A stretch of 64,000 nucleotides of DNA from Clostridia bacterium. Its GTDB lineage: Bacteria; Bacillota; Clostridia; Christensenellales; DTU072. The notes below the pieces were generated by a model that ran no database searches, was not told where the DNA came from, and saw only the letters and a program-made list of their open reading frames with translations. This document shows positions 58,358 through 64,000 of the stretch, in pieces. The DNA is taken from NCBI GenBank assembly GCA_028701415.1, contig JAQVQU010000001.1:1905-65904 (forward strand), given 5' to 3'. Positions within the stretch are counted from its first letter, which is position 1, and each line of letters begins with the position of its first letter. Position numbers and translations under genes: made by a program.

Positions 58358-59053
58358 ATGGAGTACACAAATGAAGTGGAAAAAATGTTTTGCGTAACAA
58401 AAGGATGCAACCACGGACCGTCTCCAATACCTGAAGAGGGAAAATGGATTCAGGCTAAGGAAATTAAAGATATTAGTGGATTAACTCATGGAGTTGGGTG
58501 GTGCGCACCTCAACAAGGAGCTTGTAAATTAACACTAAATATAAAAAATGGTGTGATTGAAGAAGCTTTAGTAGAAACCCTCGGATGCACTGGAATGACT
58601 CACTCTGCGGCAATGGCTGCCGAAATTCTTACAGGTAAGACTATCCTTGAAGCTTTGAATACAGATTTAGTTTGTGATGCAATTAATACCGCGATGAGGG
58701 AACTATTTTTACAAATAGTTTATGGAAGAAGTCAATCAGCTTTTTCTGAAGGAGGTCTTCATATCGGCGCTGGGCTTGAAGATCTAGGCAAAGGACTAAG
58801 AAGTCAAGTTGCCACAATGTACTCTACTTCGAAAAAGGGAGTTAGATATCTTGAGATGGCAGAAGGGTATGTTACAAGACTTGGATTAGATAGTAATAAT
58901 GAAGTAATTGGATATGAGTTTGTTAAACTAGGGCCAATGATGGAACAAATCACTGTCAAAGGAATATCGCCAGAAGTAGCATTAAAGAGTTGTACTGGTA
59001 AATATGGGCGATTTGATGAAGCAACAACAATTATAAATCCAAGAGTCCAATAA
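58358..59053 (+). CDS. NifU/IscU-N-like domain protein with a C-terminal extension (function unknown)
   Basis: The ATG at 58358 follows AAGGAGG; the ORF-track start at 58316 lacks an SD. IscU-like pattern (…GWCAPQQGACKLTLNIKNGVIEEALVETLGCTGMTHSAAMAAEILTGKTILEAL…). Confidence 0.6.
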   Translation: MEYTNEVEKMFCVTKGCNHGPSPIPEEGKWIQAKEIKDISGLTHGVGWCAPQQGACKLTLNIKNGVIEEALVETLGCTGMTHSAAMAAEILTGKTILEALNTDLVCDAINTAMRELFLQIVYGRSQSAFSEGGLHIGAGLEDLGKGLRSQVATMYSTSKKGVRYLEMAEGYVTRLGLDSNNEVIGYEFVKLGPMMEQITVKGISPEVALKSCTGKYGRFDEATTIINPRVQ

Positions 59054-59065
59054 GGGAGGTTTTCT

Positions 59066-60067
59066 ATGAGTATAAATTTTGAAGGATTTGAAAGAAGAAT
59101 TGCAAAAATATCTGCTTTTTTAGAAGGAGCAGGAATTTCTGGGTTTGAGGACGCTAGAAATATATGCTTGCAAAAAGGTATTGATGTAGAAAAAATAGTT
59201 AAGGGCATACAACCAATCGCATTTGAAAATGCAGTTTGGGCATATACTGTTGGCTGTGCTTATGCAATTAAAAAGGGGATAAATAAGGCTTCTGTTGCTG
59301 CTGAGGCAATTGGACAAGCCCTCCAGGCTTTTTGCATTCCTGGCTCTGTAGCCGATGTAAGGAAAGTCGGACTTGGTCATGGGAATTTAGCTGCTATGCT
59401 ATTAAGAGAAGAAACACAATGTTTTGCGTTTGTGGCTGGACATGAAAGTTTTGCTGCCGCAGAAGGCGCTATAGGGATCGCAAAGTCAGCAAATAAGGTC
59501 CGTAAAAATCCACTTAGAGTAATCCTCAATGGTCTTGGTAAAGATGCTGCTTATATAATTAGCCGAATAAACGGGTTTACTTATGTTCATACAAAATATG
59601 ATCAATGCACAGACGAACTAACAATAGTAAGGGAACTCCCTTTTAGTGAAGGTGAAAAATCTAAGGTTAAATGTTATGGGGCTGACGATGTGAACGAAGG
59701 TGTAGCAATTATGATAAAAGAAGGTGCTGATGTAGGAATTACAGGAAATAGTACAAATCCTACAAGATTTCAACATCCAGTTAGTGGAACCTATAAAAAA
59801 TGGGCTATCGAAAATGGAAAGAAATATTTTTCAGTTGCAAGTGGTGGGGGTACTGGCAGGACTTTACACCCTGACAATATGGCGGCTGGTCCAGCTTCCT
59901 ATGGATTGACCGATACAATGGGAAGAATGCATGGAGACGCTCAGTTTGCGGGATCCAGTTCTGTTCCTGCTCACGTTGAGATGATGGGCTTAATAGGGAT
60001 GGGAAATAATCCTATGGTTGGAGCCACAGTAGCGGTCGCGGTTGCTGTCGAAGAGCATTCAAAATAA
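59066..60067 (+). CDS. GGGtGRT-family protein (function unknown)
   Basis: 333 aa. Contains the eponymous motif SGGGTGRTLHP (GGGTGRT at 59843-59863). SD GGGAGG. Confidence 0.75.
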   Translation: MSINFEGFERRIAKISAFLEGAGISGFEDARNICLQKGIDVEKIVKGIQPIAFENAVWAYTVGCAYAIKKGINKASVAAEAIGQALQAFCIPGSVADVRKVGLGHGNLAAMLLREETQCFAFVAGHESFAAAEGAIGIAKSANKVRKNPLRVILNGLGKDAAYIISRINGFTYVHTKYDQCTDELTIVRELPFSEGEKSKVKCYGADDVNEGVAIMIKEGADVGITGNSTNPTRFQHPVSGTYKKWAIENGKKYFSVASGGGTGRTLHPDNMAAGPASYGLTDTMGRMHGDAQFAGSSSVPAHVEMMGLIGMGNNPMVGATVAVAVAVEEHSK

Positions 60068-60078
60068 TATCAATAATT

Positions 60079-60099
60079 TGTGGATTTTTATAATCCACA
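60079..60099 (+). other. perfect 8-bp hairpin between the GGGtGRT gene and the tRNA
   Basis: TGTGGATT (60079-60086), loop TTTAT, AATCCACA (60092-60099). No U-tract follows. Confidence 0.3.
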
Positions 60100-60104
60100 A
60101 TAAT

Positions 60105-60180
60105 GCTAATGTAGCACAGTCGGTAGTGCGGTTCACTCGTAATGAACAGGTCGCTGGTTCGATTCCAGTCATTAGCTCCA
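60105..60180 (+). tRNA. tRNA-Thr (anticodon CGU), CCA encoded
   Basis: Folded by hand. Acceptor GCTAATG/CATTAGC. D arm GCAC-AGTCGGTA-GTGC. Anticodon arm GTTCA-CTCGTAA-TGAAC. Variable loop AGGTC. T arm GCTGG-TTCGATT-CCAGT. Discriminator T followed by CCA. 76 nt. Confidence 0.93.
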
Positions 60181-60183
60181 AAA

Positions 60184-60210
60184 ACACCCCAGTTTATCGG
60201 GGTGTTTTTC
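60184..60210. terminator. bidirectional rho-independent terminator (tRNA-Thr and the convergent ABC operon)
   Basis: ACACCCC (60184-60190), 8-nt loop, GGGGTGT (60199-60205). It is flanked by an A-run upstream and a T-run downstream. Confidence 0.85.
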
Positions 60211-60251
60211 TTTAAAGCTAAGATTTAAAAATTTGAGAAGAAAAAGAATTT

Positions 60252-60941
60252 TTAGCGGAAGATATCAATATTGATTTTTCCATCCTTGATTTCAATATTT
60301 CTGTCAGCTTTTTCCGCAATTCTTCTATCGTGGGTAATAATAATAAAAGTAGTTTTAAATTTTTCATTTACCTCTCTAAGCAAGGTATATATTTTTTCCG
60401 TTGTATCTGAGTCAAGATTTCCCGTTGGTTCATCAGCTAAAATAATGGAGGGGTTATTAATCAATGCCCTTGCAATTGCCGTTCTTTGTTGCTGTCCCCC
60501 AGACATTTTTGTAGCTAGGTTATTTTTAACACTAGATAAGCCAACTAAATCAATAAGTTCATTAGCTCTTTCAATTACTTCTTTGCTTGGTTTATTATTT
60601 TTCATATAGTATGGGATAAGAATATTTTCGTAGGCAGTAAATTCAGGCAATAAATAATGAAACTGGAATATAAAGCCCATGGTATTGTTTCTCAGGTCAG
60701 CTAATTCAGTCTTTTTCATCGAATCGGTTCTAACCCCATTAATATATAGTTCCCCAGATGTTGGTTTATCCAATGTTCCAATAATATTTAAAAGAGTACT
60801 CTTGCCGCTACCAGACTGTCCTATTATAGAGTTAAAGCTACCCCTGATAATATCTAAATTAATATCGAAAAGAACTTGGGTTTGAAATTCCCCATTACCA
60901 TAAATTTTATTAATATTTTTTAATTGTAGTATATTATCCAT
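60252..60941 (-). CDS. ABC transporter ATP-binding protein (MacB/LolD/FtsE-type)
   Basis: 229 aa. Walker A GQSGSGKST, signature MSGGQQQR, Walker B ILADEPTG. Confidence 0.9.
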   Translation of the reverse strand: MDNILQLKNINKIYGNGEFQTQVLFDINLDIIRGSFNSIIGQSGSGKSTLLNIIGTLDKPTSGELYINGVRTDSMKKTELADLRNNTMGFIFQFHYLLPEFTAYENILIPYYMKNNKPSKEVIERANELIDLVGLSSVKNNLATKMSGGQQQRTAIARALINNPSIILADEPTGNLDSDTTEKIYTLLREVNEKFKTTFIIITHDRRIAEKADRNIEIKDGKINIDIFR

Positions 60942-62118
60942 TTCTAATTACCTCGATTGGATCAAGCTTTGATGATTTTGCCGCAGGAATTAATGAAGCT
61001 AAAGTAGATGCAATTATAGCTATTAGTGCGGATAAAACTATAAATCCCGGATTAAGTTGCATAGGAATCAATGGCGTTCCATCTGGGTTAAGAGCAAAAG
61101 TAGTAAACAAGACTATTAGAGAGATTCCAAGAAGTATTCCTAAAATGGCACCCATTAAACCCAAAAGGAAGCCCTGTGTGAGAAAAATTGTACTTGCCAT
61201 CGAATCCTTGATACCCATTGCTTTTAATATCCCTATTTGTTTTTGTTTTTGTATAACTGAAATTATTAGAACACTTGCTATACTTAAAACTACAGATATA
61301 ATTACAAAGATCTGAATCATTAAACTAGATATCGTTTGTCCGTTAAGCCCAGACAATAAACTTTCATTTTGCGTTTGCCAATCTGTTGCTATAAGATTAG
61401 TATTATTGCCTAGTATTTCTTCTATCGAGACAGTAATATTTGGGGAATTAAAAACATCATCAACTTGAATTTCTATCGATGTAATTTTTCCCGGAGTTTC
61501 AAATATTGTTTGGGATGATTGGAGGTCAGTTATGATCCAAGTTTCATTTAAAGAGGAAACCTTTAAATCAAAGATACCAGAGACAACAAGAGTCTTCTTT
61601 TTATTTAATAAGGGTAGAAAAACCTTTATTTCTTCTCCTATGGACTTATCATTTAATTCGGAAAATTCCTTTCCAATAATAACTTGATTAGTATTCTGGA
61701 TAGGCATGTTTCCTTGCACTAATGAGTTTGAAAGTTTATAAATTCCATTTGCTTCTTCTAAAGATAAACCTCTAATTAGTACATATTCAGAAGTAATAAC
61801 ATCTTCATTATCTTGATTTTTTACCAGTACAGATGTATTATCCAGGGATGCTGAAACATAAGTTGTTCCCTCTGTTTCTTTAATTTCAGCCAGTAAAGAT
61901 TCATATTCCGTTATATACTTATCTTCAGAAACAGAAGAAACAGTTATATGAGAAGAACTTCCTACGGTTTTATCTACTAAACTTGTTTGGAGTCCCTGAA
62001 TCAATAAGCCTATAAATAACTGAACAGAAACCCCAATCGCGATTCCAAATGTAATTAATATAGTTTGACCTTTTGAGGATTTGAGGAATCTTAAGGCAAT
62101 TTTGAAAGGAAGTAACAT
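60934..62118 (-). CDS. ABC transporter permease, FtsX/MacB-type (4 TM helices plus a large extracytoplasmic domain)
   Basis: 394 aa. N-terminal TM helix, ~230-aa extracytoplasmic domain, C-terminal FtsX-type 3-TM bundle. 8-nt overlap with the ATPase gene. Confidence 0.85.
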   Translation of the reverse strand: MLLPFKIALRFLKSSKGQTILITFGIAIGVSVQLFIGLLIQGLQTSLVDKTVGSSSHITVSSVSEDKYITEYESLLAEIKETEGTTYVSASLDNTSVLVKNQDNEDVITSEYVLIRGLSLEEANGIYKLSNSLVQGNMPIQNTNQVIIGKEFSELNDKSIGEEIKVFLPLLNKKKTLVVSGIFDLKVSSLNETWIITDLQSSQTIFETPGKITSIEIQVDDVFNSPNITVSIEEILGNNTNLIATDWQTQNESLLSGLNGQTISSLMIQIFVIISVVLSIASVLIISVIQKQKQIGILKAMGIKDSMASTIFLTQGFLLGLMGAILGILLGISLIVLFTTFALNPDGTPLIPMQLNPGFIVLSALIAIIASTLASLIPAAKSSKLDPIEVIRNG

Positions 62119-62119
62119 A

Positions 62120-62785
62120 TTAATTTATCTCCTTTTTTTCAATTTCAAGAGATAAAATGTCCTCATATGTGTGCAGGAGAATGTCCGCCCCAATTGATAA
62201 TACTGCAGAAGGATTATTATTGAATGCTTGACCTCCTACAGCAATCATTACTTTTCCTTTTTCTTTTTCTTTTATTGCAGAGATGATTTTTTTTGCAGAA
62301 ACTAAATTAAAGTAATTTGTAATACTAAGTGCAAAAATATCGATTTTATTATAATCCAAAGCATTAATAAACTCTTCCTTTGGGGTGCTAGCTCCGACAT
62401 ATATGCTGTTAAATCCAGCTAATGTGAAGAAATCAGAAATCATTCTAGCTCCAATTTCGTGATATTCTCCATCTGGGCAAATCACAGCAACGGTTTTTCC
62501 ATTATATGAATTAAAATTATTTTTTAGTTTAATTATAAACGGATAAGCATTTTCAAGTATTGTTCTTACAATCGAACTTCTAATATGCTCCTTCCAAATG
62601 CAAATATTTTTATCTTTTAAATTACATCCAATATCATTAAGTGCCTTTGCTAATACTTTTGTATAAATGCTCACTATATCCTCAGGCGAAGATGCATTAT
62701 TAAATTGAGAAATAATAAGAGAGACACAAGCTTCTTTGTCTTCATTATTCAAAAGGTTCGAAAATTTCTCATACAATATATCCAT
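62120..62785 (-). CDS. stand-alone cobalamin(B12)-binding-domain protein, CarH/LitR-like sensor module without a DNA-binding domain
   Basis: Start at 62785 (MDILYEKF…, GGAGG 5 nt upstream); an in-frame ATG at 62797 is also possible. Helical cap region with …WKEH… and a Rossmann-type B12 domain with …ICPDGEYHEIG… (E-x-H-x-x-G). Its stop lies 1 nt from the permease ATG. Confidence 0.7.
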   Translation of the reverse strand: MDILYEKFSNLLNNEDKEACVSLIISQFNNASSPEDIVSIYTKVLAKALNDIGCNLKDKNICIWKEHIRSSIVRTILENAYPFIIKLKNNFNSYNGKTVAVICPDGEYHEIGARMISDFFTLAGFNSIYVGASTPKEEFINALDYNKIDIFALSITNYFNLVSAKKIISAIKEKEKGKVMIAVGGQAFNNNPSAVLSIGADILLHTYEDILSLEIEKKEIN

Positions 62786-62815
62786 ATTTACCTCCATATG
62801 CTTACCAACAGATAT

Positions 62816-62916
62816 TATTGTTTATATGCAATTATGTCAATCCCATTAATCAATTATTTCTCTAATTTGTGACTTTGATACAGAAAATTTTCTAATTTAT
62901 TAACATATAAACAATA
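62816..62916. repeat. 13-bp perfect inverted repeat in the divergent promoter region
   Basis: TATTGTTTATATG (62816-62828) and its exact reverse complement CATATAAACAATA (62904-62916), 75 nt apart. Confidence 0.7.
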
Positions 62917-62982
62917 GTCTATATTTTGGTATTTACTTGATATTTGACATGTGATAAAGTATTTAGGAGAGATGGAGGGTAT

Positions 62983-63966
62983 ATGGAGATTTCACAAAAA
63001 GTAAAGCTATTAAAAATTCTGGAAATTTTAACTTATAACACTGATGAAGATCATCCTTTAACCACAAAAGAAATATTAATTAAGTTAAATGATATCGGGA
63101 TCAAGTGTGACCGGAAGACTCTTTATAATGATATTGAGGTTTTAAATGCCAACGGATATGAAATACTTGTTGAGAGAAAGAACTACAATGAATATAAAAT
63201 TGTTGACAGGACGTTTGAGGTCCCAGAAATCAGAATTCTGATTGATGCTGTTACTTCTGCTAACTTTATTTCTCAAAAAAAGACAGACATGTTAATTAAA
63301 AAGATGGATTTGCTAGTTGGGGCTCCTAAGCACAAAGAGTTAAAGAGCTCATATAATTGGGTTAATCATTCAAAAACTACAAATGAATTTGTATATTATT
63401 CAATTGATTACATAGATAGAGCCATTCAAGATAACAAAAAAATTTCTTTTCAATATTTTGATATAGACCTTTCAGGGAAAAGGGTTTTTAGAAAATCAGG
63501 CGAAAGGTACATTCTAAATCCATTGGCTTTAGTCATTAACGAAAGCAAGTATTATTTGGTTGGTTTTTCAGATAAGTATAAAGACACATCAATATACAGA
63601 GTTGATAAAATGGATAGAGTAGAAATCGAGTCTGAAGATAGAACAGATATATCTTGTTTAAAAGATTATGACCTCGAAAAAATGATGACCGAAACAATTA
63701 GAATGTTTACTGGAGATAAGAAAAAAATACATCTGATTTGTGAAAACTCCCCTGATATAATCGTGCAGCTGAAGGACCAGTTTGGAGATTCTATTTCTAT
63801 GTTTGAAATGCCAAATAATAAATTTTCAGCTCATTTTGAAGCAAGAATAAGCCCTACTTTTTATAGTTGGGTATTCACTTATCAGGACAAAATAAAAATA
63901 GTTGCTCCTTCTGAAGTAGTTGAAGAGTATAAGCAACAATTAAATAAATCCTTATCCCAATATTAA
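62983..63966 (+). CDS. WYL-domain transcriptional regulator (HTH-WYL-WCX, YafY-like)
   Basis: ATG at 62983 (MEISQKVKLLKILEIL…DHPLTTKEILIKLNDIGI… = N-terminal wHTH). The middle region looks WYL-like (…ISFQYFD…YILNPLALVINESKYYLVGF…). GGAGGG upstream. Confidence 0.8.
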   Translation: MEISQKVKLLKILEILTYNTDEDHPLTTKEILIKLNDIGIKCDRKTLYNDIEVLNANGYEILVERKNYNEYKIVDRTFEVPEIRILIDAVTSANFISQKKTDMLIKKMDLLVGAPKHKELKSSYNWVNHSKTTNEFVYYSIDYIDRAIQDNKKISFQYFDIDLSGKRVFRKSGERYILNPLALVINESKYYLVGFSDKYKDTSIYRVDKMDRVEIESEDRTDISCLKDYDLEKMMTETIRMFTGDKKKIHLICENSPDIIVQLKDQFGDSISMFEMPNNKFSAHFEARISPTFYSWVFTYQDKIKIVAPSEVVEEYKQQLNKSLSQY

Positions 63967-64000
63967 GCTATAATTTTGTTTATTTTGATTACCTTAAGAT

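Noticed and set aside
58804-59208. 134-aa minus-strand ORF.
   Set aside because: It is antisense across the junction of the NifU-like and GGGtGRT genes, with no SD.
1-64000. Alternative genetic code (TGA = Trp, Mollicutes-like), considered because of the low GC content and the many lipoproteins.
   Set aside because: Conserved proteins terminate correctly at TGA (e.g. rplO at 13324-13326 and rnfB at 40765-40767). None needs TGA read-through to reach full length.
1-64000. Scanned for CRISPR arrays, IS elements or transposases, integrases, phage genes, toxin-antitoxin pairs and rRNA.
   Set aside because: I found no regularly spaced direct repeats, no recognisable mobile-element or defence genes, and no rRNA-like sequence.

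Overview
This is an AT-rich chromosomal core segment of a low-GC, anaerobic, Firmicutes-type bacterium. It uses the standard genetic code (TGA is a stop, e.g. rplO and rnfB), and most genes have strong AGGAGG Shine-Dalgarno (SD) sites. I found no rRNA, CRISPR array, transposase or phage genes.

Gene content, left to right:
- An AEC-family permease with a translationally coupled unknown ORF.
- A Crp/Fnr regulator and a membrane alpha/beta-hydrolase.
- The complete S10-spc-alpha ribosomal cluster (rpsJ to rplQ, 3.9-19.8 kb), including secY, adk, map, a KOW protein, infA and an unlisted 38-aa rpmJ.
- coaX, hom, and a beta-propeller surface protein.
- Two small tail-anchored proteins, then uvrB and uvrA.
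- A THF riboswitch controlling folT (minus strand).
- A 1581-aa multi-module surface protein.
- rnfCDGEAB with an overlapping WG-repeat lipoprotein gene.
- tsaC/sua5, rpiB, manA and glcK.
- A radical-SAM gene plus a DUF2344-like gene, then rplU-prp-rpmA.
- ogg and an NYN-like protein.
- A four-subunit 2-oxoacid:ferredoxin oxidoreductase.
- malQ, a short PPTase and a lipase-like lipoprotein.
- A GC-rich structured RNA locus, a NifU-like gene and a GGGtGRT gene, then tRNA-Thr(CGU).
- On the minus strand, a B12-binding-domain protein in an operon with an FtsX/MacB-type ABC transporter.
- A divergent WYL regulator at the right edge.

The most interesting signal is a self-contained ~220-nt structured RNA (58007-58263). 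It has its own near-consensus promoter and intrinsic terminator, and I could not assign it to any riboswitch or sRNA class I know.

Secondary leads:
- The uncharacterised NifU-like/GGGtGRT cassette.
- An apparently leaderless pair of tail-anchored wHTH-like proteins upstream of uvrBA.
- A CarH-like B12 module lacking a DNA-binding domain, coupled to an ABC exporter, beside a 13-bp perfect inverted repeat and a WYL regulator.
- Lineage-specific insertions in ribosomal proteins S3, L24 and L17.
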